From Octopus sinensis (taxonomy: Eukaryota): a DNA stretch of 64,000 nt. The notes beneath the pieces are model-generated. The model searched no databases and was not told the DNA's origin. It saw only the letters and a list, made by a program, of their open reading frames with translations. The translations under genes and the position numbers were made by a program. Below are positions 52,950-64,000 of the stretch, in pieces. The stretch covers positions 27,466,001 to 27,530,000 of the forward strand of contig NC_043008.1 in NCBI RefSeq assembly GCF_006345805.1. The letters run 5' to 3'. Position 1 is the first letter of the stretch, and the number at the start of each line of letters is the position of its first letter.

Positions 52950-54609
52950 GCTATTGTCCACAAAAGGATATGTCTATGTACGTCTCGGAATGAGTGGTAC
53001 TTACAATTTCAGTTGAAATACGATCATAAAATTTCACAGCAAATATCACATTTATTTCCCTGTGCTCCATCGAGACTGGCAATCCAATTACAATTTCTTG
53101 TTGTAATAATTATTAGTCAAGAGATGTTCTGCTTCATATATTTATAAAATATTCGTTATATATAATCTTATAATAGTTTTGATTGATTTTTTAAAACTTT
53201 CATATATCTCTATTTCTTTTTATTGTTAAATGTATGGCTCTGTTCCAAAGAAAACATAAGCAAATAATATTAATTAACCACTTCATAAAATTATGTTTTC
53301 GTAATTATGTTTTCGTGATTCAGTCAACGGAACGTAAAAAGATCAGTAAAAATTAATTAAAAGTATTTTCCCTGATGGAATTGAGTTTTAGAAAAGATAT
53401 ACATAACATATTTCACAATTCAATGGAATGAAGCTTAAAAACATCTCAATATAATATAATACAGTGTTTAATTAATTGATTAAGTACAGACAATTACTTA
53501 TATTCATCTTTTTATTCAGGATGGACTGAAATTATGCAGAGTTACAGTATCTTACTTATTCCTTTCTCTTACCTTTTAACATCAAATATTGATACACACT
53601 TCTTTGGCTTTAATTTATACATCTAATTGCTTAGTTAGATATCGGAAATGCAAATAAAAATGTAAGAGAACACACATGATTATAGACCTTGAAAAAATAT
53701 AGATCTCGTAAAGCATTCACAAATATTAACTCCTATGCAACAGTTTGATTGTTTTCTTTAAAGACATAATATTTGTGCCTTCTAAAATGAATATTATATT
53801 ATAAGTCGCTAGCATTTTTTTCCAACAAATAAAAACGCAATGCTGTGTGGTATTGATTAATTAGATTACAATTTCTCAGATAAGCATACAACCGAATCTA
53901 GACACTATGACTGTTAGGATGATTTCATCTAGTACACAAAAAATTGGGTGTATTATGAGGAATATACTAATATAATACCTTCTTTGCATTTTCGTAAATA
54001 TAATGAAATTTATATGACTGATATTTCGCATGGACATTCTGAATGGTTAACATGATCCCTCATACAAACGTCATCCTTCATAATGCCTTGGAAAGTTCCC
54101 TGATTTTAATTTTCCAGTTTCCGTTCAAGTAGACACGATAAAAGATGTGAGACGATTCATCGAAATCTTGATCACGAAACAGTAGTATTAACTGAAACGT
54201 AAGCAATAATATTTGTACACCAAACACGATAACAATAATGACAAACTATACGTCCAAACCATTTGGGAGACAACTCCGCAGTGGCCCTTATTTTATTGAA
54301 CGAGGATAGAATCCACAATCGGTATTTATGGGATTAGATTACAGAATATCTAGCGTTATTACTGAATGTCTCAAAGTAATGTACAGTACCAATATCGTTG
54401 ATATCAATAATAGATGCCTATGCCTAGAATATAATAAACATTTTAACAATTAAATTAAGGACCACTGTAATGCAATAGAGTTCCCAAATATCGCGAAATG
54501 TTCAAATTTGATTAAGCCGTTTCTGCACCAGTAGTCATAACGTAACACGAGAGTAAAACATTAAAAATGGCAATATGCCCGCTTTCTACAACAAGGTACG
54601 TAAACACAC

Positions 54610-54701
<92 letters not shown>

Positions 54702-55186
54702 GTATGTATATAAAGCTGCTTTGTAGATAGTTCTGTCAGCAGAAGTATGGTATGGAAGATGCAAAACCCATTTATATGATATAGATATAAAACGTAATTG
54801 AATTCATTGTGATTTAAATATCTGGGCTCTAGAAATATGGAATTTGGATAGTTTTAATGAATTAGTGCACATGCTTCCTCACAAAATATGAAAAGGTGAC
54901 TATAACAGTTCATGAATTCAAATGAGGAATAGCGGTTGTCTATACAATACTTCGAGAAATTTGACGATTTCGATTATACGAGCATCAGCTTACTTAAATG
55001 CCTAGATAAATAGGTTTATTATTTTATTCTTTTACTTGGTTCAGTCATTCGACTGCAGCCATACTGGAGCACTACCCTTAGTCGAAAAATAGTAACTACA
55101 GTTCTATATTTAGGAGATAAGGAAGTATGTGCCTTATTTATATTATTTACATTTGACGGGTATTTGTCCACATCTTGTTTGTTGTT

Positions 55187-55232
55187 AACACAACTTTTCA
55201 GCTGATATACCCCTCAGCATTCATCAGGTGTC
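55187..55232 (-). ncRNA. Minimal type I hammerhead-like motif
   Basis: GACAC-CTGATGA-A-TGCTG(AGGGGTATAT)CAGCT-GAAA-AG-TT-GTGTT: intact CUGAUGA and GAAA, 5-bp stem I, 4-bp stem II, stem III degraded. Confidence 0.65.
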
Positions 55233-55313
55233 TTGGGGAAATTTTCGAACTCGGGTTCTCATTCCTAAGGTATTTTCGATGGTATTCTAATTATTATTAT
55301 TTTTATTATTATT

Positions 55314-55868
55314 GAGTGAGAGAGCAGTTCATGCCATCAAAGTGACACTGGGGTAAAATATACGAAGCCCAATATACCCATCATGACTACCCGTCTGATA
55401 AAGGTAAACCAGGCACATGCATCACAACCATATGTGCGCGACATGGTGATCTTATATCAAGATAAACAGCACATGACCTTGCAGGTGGGGCCCAGTTAGA
55501 ATTTTCTTCAGGTTGAGTAGCCCATCCCGCTCAAAAGCTCCCTGAATAAGGGTTGTTTAAGGATGTTGAAAGAACCACCCATGTTTCCAGAGGTGAACTA
55601 TTCAAACCCCAAAGAATCCCTCTCAACACATGGCTATGATGCTCCCCCACTACTTCTGCTCGTGATCAGAGATGCACATATCGTCAGCCACTAAGGGACA
55701 TGCTCAACTGGTTAAAGTCAAACAACTGACAAGCAAATCTGTGGTATTGAGCAGAATATTTGCTGTAGCCCATCTTTTATACCAAGACAAAACGATGTAC
55801 ATGATAACACTTCCAATCAGTTAAGATCAGAAGCCATGAGAGCCACTGCCTGGTACTGCATCAGGGCA

Positions 55869-55869
<1 letters not shown>
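55314..55869 (-). mobile_element. 556-bp non-coding element inserted in (TTA)n, copy 1 (strand inferred)
   Basis: Roughly 90% identical by eye to 62394-62948. Both copies are bounded by TTA repeats at the same ends. Confidence 0.85.
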
Positions 55870-55946
<77 letters not shown>

Positions 55947-55996
55947 TATTACTATTATTCAGTTCACTGACTGGAATCGAACTCGGAATCTTGGAT

Positions 55997-56286
55997 TTAA
56001 GGGTGCGGGTACTAGCCCCAAGATTCCGAGTTCGATTCCAGTCAGTGACCTGAATAACAACAACAACAACAACAACAACAAACAACACCAACAACAACAG
56101 CAACAACAAAAACAACAACAACAATAATAATAATAATAAAAATAATAATAATAACGACGACAAAAACAACATCGAAAAATACCTTAGGAATGAGAACCCA
56201 GGTTTGAAATTTCATCAAGACACCTGATGAAGGCTGGAGGGTTTATCAGCCAAAAAGGTTGTGTTAACAACAAACGAGATGACGAT
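55997..56286 (+). mobile_element. tRNA-head + (CAA/TAA)n + hammerhead-tail element, right arm
   Basis: TTAAGG-GTGCGGG-TACTAG-CCCC-AAGATT-CCGAGTTCGATTCC (tRNA D-loop 3' half, anticodon arm, B box), then a microsatellite, then a tail homologous to 55171-55280. Confidence 0.8.
56219..56265 (+). ncRNA. Minimal type I hammerhead-like motif
   Basis: GACAC-CTGATGA-A-GGCTG(GAGGGTTTAT)CAGCC-AAAAA-GGTT-GTGTT: perfect 5-bp stem II, G12A mutation. Confidence 0.6.
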
Positions 56287-56637
56287 ATAGTTTCTTAGAT
56301 AGACAATCAATTGAATACACAAACATTTACACAGATAGTAACTATCAAACAGACATACTCGTGTTATCTTTGCTTGTTTTTATTTTTCTTCATTTCGTTC
56401 CTGTCGAATTTTATCCCTAATTTTGTGGTTAGAGAACCTAGCTGTTCTTTCTAGCGTGTTGAATCCCACGAGTGGATTCCTCATGTGTTTAGTATTATAT
56501 GACTAATACATAGCCTTTGGACTAAATTTTTACACGATAGGCCACTGGACATGAAAATTTTAATTAATTTCCATTTCCCTTTGAAATGATTATGTATATA
56601 TATATATATACATATATTTATCTATATACATATATAT

Positions 56638-56703
<66 letters not shown>

Positions 56704-57619
56704 ACACACACACAATCAAGTATCTCTCTCTATATATATATGGGAAACGAATTTACGCACACACTTTTACATATATATGCACGTAAGCAAGCATATACGC
56801 ACAATGTATAATTATGTAATATATATGTACAAACATACGGATAGGGAGAGAGCGCGTAAGATAGAGAAATAGAAGAGATAGACAGTAATAGGTATTGAGA
56901 GTAAAAGAGAAATGCACTGAGAAAAATTTATCCGCAAAATTCTTCCAAAGTGATTTTGCTAAATATTCGTAACTTTCAAGCTTGTTATTTGCATTATTAT
57001 TTTCTCGTAGAATTTGAACATTTTAGATCCGCTGTTTAAGCAGGTAATGATAGATTCTTTTCTATTTTTAGAAAGCTGCTATGAGCATTTGTAATATATT
57101 ATTTAAGAAGAATCGTCATGGGCTTCTCTCTACATTATAAATTTTTGTAGTACAACATTGAGACATTTGCAATTTATAATCAATGGTCTTGGAATTCAGG
57201 TGATATATGTATTATGAAAATAAAGTTGTTTGAGAGCGTTTTGTGTCTCAAATGGAAATTGTTTAGAGCAGAATCGCTTTTTATAACCGGGTGTGAATCT
57301 ATTATAGAAATTATCGTTGTTGTAATTTAAGATGTTGCATTTGAGATAGCGCCATTTGTGTTCTAAATTTATAGAATCTCAGAAAAAAGGCGGTTAGTAG
57401 CTTCAGGATAGGTAGTTTGAGAGAATTACTATTATTATTATTATTACTTTTTTTTTTCTTCTTTCAAATTTGCTTCCATTTCTTGCCGAGTGTCTTCCCG
57501 ACTCCTAGGGCAAAGAAACTCATAGTATACATTGGTAGGCCATTAAACCAAACTCAATAGTTCGTTCATTTTTTTTTTTTTTTTTAAGTTAAATTAAAAT
57601 ACATGAGCAGCAACAGTTC

Positions 57620-59611
57620 TCACATCGACAATGCTCTTCTCAATACGTGTGATGTTCCAGTTAAGACAATCTTTTGCACTTCTTGCAGGGATGGTAAGCC
57701 AGGGATCATTCTCATATAATTTTCGGTTCCCTTCTTGATCATTCCTGGTGCTCCTACGATCACTGGTATTGTAACCGCCTTGAGATGCCACATTTTCTCA
57801 ATTTCAATGAGTAGGTCTTTATATTTTCTGAGCTTGTCAAACTCTTTCGCTGAGATATTATGATCACAGGGGATGCTCATGTCGATCAATAAGCAAACTT
57901 TATTGTTTTGGTCTTTCACAACAATATCTGGTTTATTGGCCTTGATGGTTCGGTCTGTATGTATTGGAAAGTCCCACAGAATGGTTACATTTTCTCCTTC
58001 AGTTACAGCCTCAGGGTGGTGATTATACCACTTGTCGGCAGTTTTGATATTGTAATGCCGACTGTGTAGATATTGGCCAACTCTGTCATGTCTTAATTTA
58101 TACTCCACTGGAGCTAAGGCTTTACATCCAGAGATTAGGTGGTCCACTGATTCAATCATGTCGTTGCAGAATCGGCATTTTGGGTCTGCTCCATCTTTCA
58201 TCACATTGGCCTGGTAGTTCCGGGTTAATAGGCTTTGACCTTGAGCATCCAGGATGAAACCTTCGCTCTCTGCTTTTAGCCCTGAGCTCCGTAGCCACTG
58301 ATGGGTTTGCTTCTGGTCAACATCAGCTTGTTTGCTGCGGGTCACATATTTGCCGTGCAGAGGTTTCTCCTCCCACCTATCAGCCAATTGCTCGTGCGCT
58401 TTTTTCGTTGCCATTATTTTCACCTTCTTTGCAACAATAATTGCCGTACTTCCCTCGGGTTGTTCTGTTTGGGTATCCTGCACGAGATCAATAGCAAATG
58501 TTTTGCTTTCCTTTATAATAGAATGAAGCTTCTTTCGTCTCTCGTGATTTTCCACGACCTTTAGCATCCAGTCATTCGATATTTCGAGATATTTGGCCAG
58601 TCCAATTGTGGTTGTTTTGTAAGCTAGTTCAAATTGGATCAGGCCTCGACCTCCTTGGGCTCTGGGAAGGTAAAGGCGATCTACGTCTGCCTTTGGGTGG
58701 TGCATCCTATTACAACTCAGCAGCTTGCGTATTTTTCTATCTATATTCTTTACTTCACTCATATTCCAGTTCAACACATTGTAGCTATAAGTAACAACTG
58801 GAACTGCTAAGGAAGTTATAGCTAACACCTTGTTACGTGCATTTAGTTCAGATTTCAGGACTGCACGAACTCTCCTATAACATTCCTTCCTGATCTTCTC
58901 TTTCATGCTTGCATGCTGAATACCAGAGCCTTCATTTATCCCTAAATATTTGTATGTTTGTTCTTGCTCAAGCTCTCTTATGAATGTGTCAACATCTAAC
59001 ACGACTGAATTTGTGGTCTTCACTTTCCCTTTCTGGAGAGTGGCCTTGGCACACTTCTCAAGTCCAAACTCCATCCCGATATCATCGCTGAATGCTTTCA
59101 CAGTGCACAATAGGCCTTCAAGTTCATTTTTGTCTTTACTATAAAGTTTTAATTCATCCATGTAAAATAGATGGTTTATTTTTTTATTGGCAATTTTATA
59201 CCCATACCCTGTTCTGTTTATTTCACTTGTAAGCGGTATTAGGGCTATGCAGAATATTAAAGGTGAAAGTGAGTCACCTTGAAAAATTCCACAGTTGATG
59301 TTTATATTTTCTGAGGCAAGTACTCCATTAGAGTGGTATAATAGGAGATTCGTATTCCACAACGACATATTGTGCTTCAGGAAGTTTGAAATCACAGGGG
59401 AAATTTTGAAGATGTCCAGCGATCTCAAGATCCATGGATGCGGTATACTGTCGAAGGCCATTTTGTAGTCAATCCATGCGGTGCTGAGATTTCTGCGCTT
59501 GTTGTGACAGTTCTCAAGGATCATACGATTGATTAGCAGTTGATCTTTGCGTCCGTAAGAGCCTCGGCGGCACCCTTTTTGTTCAATGGGGAAAATATCG
59601 TTCTTCTCCAT
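57620..59611 (-). pseudogene. R4/Dong reverse transcriptase + CCHC knuckle + restriction-like endonuclease (663 aa)
   Basis: EQKGC, WIDYKMAFDSIPH, GIFQGDSLSPL, HLFYMDELKLY (YMDD changed to YMDE), YKYLG, AQGGRGL, CRFC/H/C, KPDIVV..IDMSIP..K..KY. Confidence 0.93.
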
Positions 59612-60566
59612 GAATGCATGTTTTCTCCGCCAGGATAGATGTTAGGATTTTATACGTGGTGGATAGACAGGTTATAGGCCGATAGTTTTTTGGAAGGTTG
59701 GTTTCGTTATTCTTTGGGAGTAGGTAAGTAATGCCACTTGCTAACCATTCAGGTGTTTTCTTTGGGTCTCTCATAATTCCATTGAGCAGCTGAACTAGTT
59801 TACCGTGTGCGCATGGGAGCGATGCGAGCCAGAAATTCGGCACCCTATCTTTACCGGGGGATTTCCAATTATGGGCCTTCGTGAGTGCCTTTCTTAGGTC
59901 TGTTATTGTGATGTCTTCCCATGCTTGTTGTTGTAAATTTTGGTAGGATCCTTCAGTTTGTATAATCCAGTCTGCATTTATGTTGTACGTCTTCTTGTCG
60001 CTCCAAATACTTTCCCAAAAGTTTTGAACTTCTTCCATGGGAGGGGGGTCTTTAACGGTTACTTTCTCCTTCCCTATTTCTCTGTAGAATTTTTTGGCAT
60101 TGGATGTGAACAGCTTATTTTGCTTGTAAAACTTGTTTCTCTTCTCAAATCTTCGTATTGTTTGGGCTTTTGCTTGGACTTTTTGTTTCAGCGTTTCTTT
60201 TATTGATATCAGTTCTTCTGTTGGTGAGGATCCAAATTTTCTCTTCATCTTTCTTCCTCTTCTGGATCTTACATCATTTCCACATATTAGTTCATTTAAT
60301 ATTGATATTTCCCCTCTCATAAATCCAATCTCTTTTTCAATTTTACTTCTCCAGGTTTGATTTCTTCCCAGGTTTGGTTTTCTTTGTTTTTTCGGGGGCA
60401 TACAGCTGGTTTCAATTGCCCTAGCAGAAGCGTAAATAATTTCATTTAACTCAGTAAAATCAGGTTTTAATTCTCGTATTATTTCATTTGTTACATAGTT
60501 GCCAATTTGGATTTGTTTTTTTATTTTGGTTTGTATTTGAGAGTTTATGAAGTGGTTCTCTATCAT
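59583..60566 (-). pseudogene. R4/Dong ORF, middle part (pre-RT and RT start)
   Basis: KAHNWKSPGKDRVPNFW, GITYLLPK, NYRPITCLSTTYKILTSIL. Restoring 2 bp at ~59617 gives EKTYAF-MEKN and fuses it to the RT ORF. Confidence 0.88.
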
Positions 60567-61299
60567 TCATACATGTATGTCTTACAACTTCAAGTGTATT
60601 CAGGATTTTCTGCCTCATTTCTGCCATAGACTCTCTGTTTTCTTCAGCAGATGTGAGATCTTCAGTTACTGTTGTTTTTTCGTTTTCCTGGCTATCTTTA
60701 ACAGGTACAATAGGATTTCTTGTATCTTCAGGCCTTTGCGTACTTTGGTCAGATGGCAGTCTTTCAATTAAGCCTCGTGGCGGGCTATAGTGTTCATCTG
60801 ATTCTTCATTTCCTTTGTGTCTTATATTTATGTCATTTTCCGTTGCGTGCTTGATCGCGCTTATTTCACTGTCTGTGAGTCTGTTATTTCTAAGGATATC
60901 CCGCCTCACATTTGCTAATTTGTTCTCGTCCAAATAGGGCCTACTCTCTTGATTCCGTGTTCTCCATATACTGTAACAGTCTACGGTGTGTCTCTCTTGA
61001 GATGGCCTACCTAATGCATAGTAATAAGCGTATATTACTTCTTTATACTCTTCTCGGGTCCATTTGTTCCGCTTACATTTTTCTTTCTCTGGTGGTTGTG
61101 GTGGTGAACTTGGAGGGCTCGAGTTGGGGGATTTCCCGTTCAAGTGACCATCCATGTCCGTATTCGGAGAAGTGTTTGTGCCAGTTGATGACTTTTCGGT
61201 CCCTGGCTGGCTCTTCCCTGGGGGACGCGCTTCCAGATTAACCATAGGACAAGCGATTTGGTATACTGATTTAGTTTTCCTTTTAGTTTCCAAAAACAT
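60484..61299 (-). pseudogene. R4/Dong ORF, N-terminal part
   Basis: 271-aa ORF. Removing one A from the A7 run at ~60516-60522 joins it to the next ORF (NQNKK-QIQIGNY). Confidence 0.8.
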
Positions 61300-61408
61300 T
61301 TTGGTGCTACGATAATGTTATCATTTTTTAGCTTTGATTGGCTCGTGGGGAGACGGCCATCAATGCCGTTACAATTATAATCGTACCATTATAGCAGCCG
61401 TAGTCGGC

Positions 61409-61676
61409 TTATTATTGTTGTTATCATCACCATTATTATCACTATCATCATTATCACCACCATTACCATCATCATTATCATCATCACCATCACCATCACC
61501 ACCATCATCATCAATGATATTGTTTTATGTGTAGTCACAGCAGTATCTTATTATTGTTATTTTTGTTTTTTTATCCTTATCACCATCACAGTAGTGTCTG
61601 TCTGTCTCGTTGGCTGGCTTGGTGGTTGGCTGGCTGACTGTCTTCAATGCCAGAGTTCTTGCCTGTCAAATAATAC

Positions 61677-61745
<69 letters not shown>
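61409..61745. repeat. (TTA)/(TCA)/(CCA) microsatellite mosaic and (TTA)n
   Basis: Direct reading. Confidence 0.85.
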
Positions 61746-61746
<1 letters not shown>

Positions 61747-62076
61747 GTGAAAGCGTATGGCTAGAGCGTCGACCTTACGATCGTGAGGTTGTGATTTCGA
61801 TTGCCGGACCGGGCTGCGTGTTGTGATCTTGAGCAAGGCGCTTTATTTCACGTTGCTCCAGTTCACTTAGCTATACAAATGAGTTGCAACGTCACAGGTT
61901 CCAAGCTGTATCAGCATTTGCCTTTCCCTTGGATAACACTGGTGGTGTGGAGAGAGGAGGCCGGTATGCACGGGCGACTGCTGGTCTTCCATAGAAACAA
62001 CATTGCTTAGACTTGTGTCTGGGAGAGTAACTTTCTAGGTGCAATCCCATGGTCTGTCATGACCGAAGGGGGTGTC
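61747..62076 (+). mobile_element. tRNA-derived SINE, third family, copy 2
   Basis: Collinear with 31411-31730 (ttgagcaaggcgctttatttcacgttgctccag core; gaccgaagggggtgtc end). Confidence 0.8.
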
Positions 62077-62184
62077 AGGATTATCGAATGAACGATATTT
62101 TATCATGGCATGTGTCTTCCACGTGTTCAAATATAAAGTTGTCGATCTACTACATTTTTGTAACATTTTGAGGCAATCTTCATT

Positions 62185-62191
62185 ATTATAA

Positions 62192-62235
<44 letters not shown>

Positions 62236-62313
62236 TTATTATTATTATTACTACTATTATTATTATTATTATTATCATCATTATTATTATTATTATTATC
62301 ATCATCATCATTA

Positions 62314-62393
<80 letters not shown>
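62185..62393. repeat. (TTA)n microsatellite
   Basis: Direct reading. It explains the poly-Asn/Ile ORF at 62127-62498. Confidence 0.95.
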
Positions 62394-62948
62394 GAGTGCG
62401 AGAGCAGTGCATGCCATCAAAATGACACTGGAGTAAAATATACGAAACCCAATATACCCATCATGACTACCCGTCTGATAAGGGTACACTAGACACATGC
62501 ATCACAACCATATGTGCCCGACATGGTAAACTCATATCAAGATAAACAGCACATGACCTTGCAGGTGAGGCCCAATTAGAATTTTCTTCTGGTCGAGTAG
62601 CCCATCCTGCTCAAATGGACCCTGAATAATGGTTGTTTAAGGATGTTGAACGAAACACCCATGTTTCCAAATGTGAATTATCCAAACCTCCAAGAATTCC
62701 TCTCAACACATGGCTATGATGCGCCCCCAATACCTCTGCTCTTGATCAGAGATGCACATATCGTCAGCCACTAAGAGACATGCTCAACTGGTTAAGATCA
62801 AACAACTGACAAGCAAATCTGTGGTATTGAGCGGAATATTTGCTGTAGCCCATCTTTTATACCAATACAAAACAATGTACGTGATAACACTTCCAATCAG
62901 TTAAGATCAGAAACCATGAGAGCCACTGCCTGGTACTGTATCTGGCAT
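62394..62948 (-). mobile_element. 555-bp non-coding element inserted in (TTA)n, copy 2 (strand inferred)
   Basis: End-to-end homologous to 55314-55869. Confidence 0.85.
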
Positions 62949-62966
62949 TTATACTATTTATTATTA

Positions 62967-63006
<40 letters not shown>

Positions 63007-63023
63007 TATTATTATTATTATTG

Positions 63024-63055
<32 letters not shown>

Positions 63056-63074
63056 TTTGTTGTTGTTGTTATTA

Positions 63075-63106
<32 letters not shown>

Positions 63107-63166
63107 TTTGCTATTTTTGTTGTTTTGTTATTATTATTATTATTATTATTATCATTATTATTCATT

Positions 63167-64000
63167 AGTTTTATTTTTATAACGTGCTTTCACTTCACTA
63201 CCGAGCGCAGCTCTATGTACCTTGGGTATGTGCTGTAGTTTGCTGTGATGCTCTTATTGTTACTGCATTGAAAGTGTTTTGCATAGGATGCGTGCAGTGC
63301 CCAGTAATGGAATTTTCTGTATGTTATATATATTTGTAATTCCTAGTGTCTTTGCTATGTATTTGTAAGAATATATTTTATCATATCTATTGCACCCCCT
63401 ATGATAGTAATTGTTTCTGTTTTTAGATTCTACATTCGAGTTTCCTCTATTTTCACGTCTTTGAATTTTGAAAGTTTTTCCATTTCTTTTAGAGAAACGT
63501 TGTCATCTGCTGGTATTGATACATCAATTGTAAAGCATTTTTTTGCTTCGTGATCTCTGACAACGATATTCGGCCTATTGGCCTAATTTATCTATCTCCG
63601 TGCATTGGCATACCCCAGTTTATGTTTACTTTCTCGTTTTCTGTGTCCTTTTCTGGCCTGTGCCTGTACCATCTTTCTTCTGTTATTATTCCTTAGTATT
63701 TGCACAGATTCCAGTGTATGTAGGTTCCAACTCTGTCGTGTGTGTGAATATATTTCTTCTTAGCCAGGACTGAGTAGCCAGAGGCAATATGGTTTGTTGT
63801 TTCTTCTACATCTTCACATATTCTGCAGTTACTTGTTATGTTCCTTTTCATTATGAGTATTGGGGAATTTCCGTTGGGGAGGCTTTGGTCTTGTGCTGCA
63901 ATTAAAAATCCTTCAGTCTCTGCTTTGAGTCCTGAGATTCTCAACCAGTGCTGGGAGTTTTCTCTGTCTATTTCTTTTGCATTTAATTTAGCCTAGTATT
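63167..64000 (-). mobile_element. Second, older R4/Dong family: 3' end (knuckle, REL endonuclease, 3' UTR) followed by (TAA)n; runs off the window
   Basis: LKAETEGFLIAAQDQSL, CRICEDVEETTNHIASG, HDRVGTYIHWNLCKY*, PNIVVRDHEAKKCFTIDVSIP. Stops and frameshifts are present. The tail runs into the TTA tract at 62950-63166. Confidence 0.88.

Larger units (their letters stand above)
55136..55994 (-). mobile_element. tRNA-head fragment + (TAA)n + hammerhead-tail element, left (inverted) arm, interrupted by a 556-bp insertion
   Basis: Minus strand: ccaagattccgagttcgattccagtcagtgaactgaa-(TAA)n-[insert]-(TAA)n-catcgaaaataccttaggaatgagaaccc...CTGATGA...aaatgtaaataatataaataa. Confidence 0.8.
57447..61408 (-). 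mobile_element. Near-full-length R4/Dong-clade non-LTR retrotransposon (RT + REL endonuclease), inserted in TAA-type microsatellite
   Basis: One ancestral ORF is split in three by two small indels. The N-terminus is RNKWTREEYKEVIYAYY-type and has no R2 zinc fingers. RT, then CRFC..ESVDHLISGC knuckle, then KPDIVV...LIDMSIP endonuclease. It is flanked by (TTA)n at 57426-57446 and TTA/TCA repeats from 61409. Confidence 0.92.

Noticed and set aside
57000-57420. Possible third PLE relic on the minus strand
   Set aside because: Only vague compositional similarity. No motif was recoverable with confidence.
60505-60530. A AAA AAC as a programmed -1 frameshift in the Dong ORF
   Set aside because: Joining the ORFs needs a +1 shift and the heptamer is not in the required phase. 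A single-base homopolymer insertion or assembly error is simpler.
61320-61408. HDV-like ribozyme at the Dong 5' end
   Set aside because: I can only draw simple hairpins (gccg-tagt-cggc and tgatggccgt-ctcccc-acgagccaatca), not the nested double pseudoknot. An RNAMotif/Infernal search on the consensus would be needed.

Overview
AT-rich eukaryotic genomic DNA with no host protein-coding exon, rRNA, intact tRNA or CRISPR array that I can support. The SINE repertoire and the dense (TA)n, (TCTA)n and (TTA)n tracts point to an octopus genome; this rests on my recall of similar repeats and was not searched. The window is largely transposable-element debris: a near-intact R4/Dong non-LTR retrotransposon (57447-61408, minus) plus a second Dong 3' fragment, a full-length but decayed Tx1/L1-type LINE plus two relics, a CR1-group LINE fragment, two Penelope-like (PLE) relics, two mariner relics, a Helitron 3' end, several tRNA-derived SINE families and foldback elements. 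Most ORFs in the supplied track are microsatellite or antisense artefacts. Three patterns stand out. (i) Minimal type I hammerhead-ribozyme-like motifs occur in at least four unrelated short-element contexts, including a tRNA-headed, (TAA)n-linked, hammerhead-tailed element present as an inverted pair at 55136-56286. (ii) A ~9 kb block at 55-64 kb consists of elements that sit in (TAA)n microsatellites, including two copies of a 555-bp non-coding element. (iii) There are repeated local templated or inverted insertions, often inside (TA)n tracts. All identities were estimated by eye and boundaries of decayed elements are approximate.
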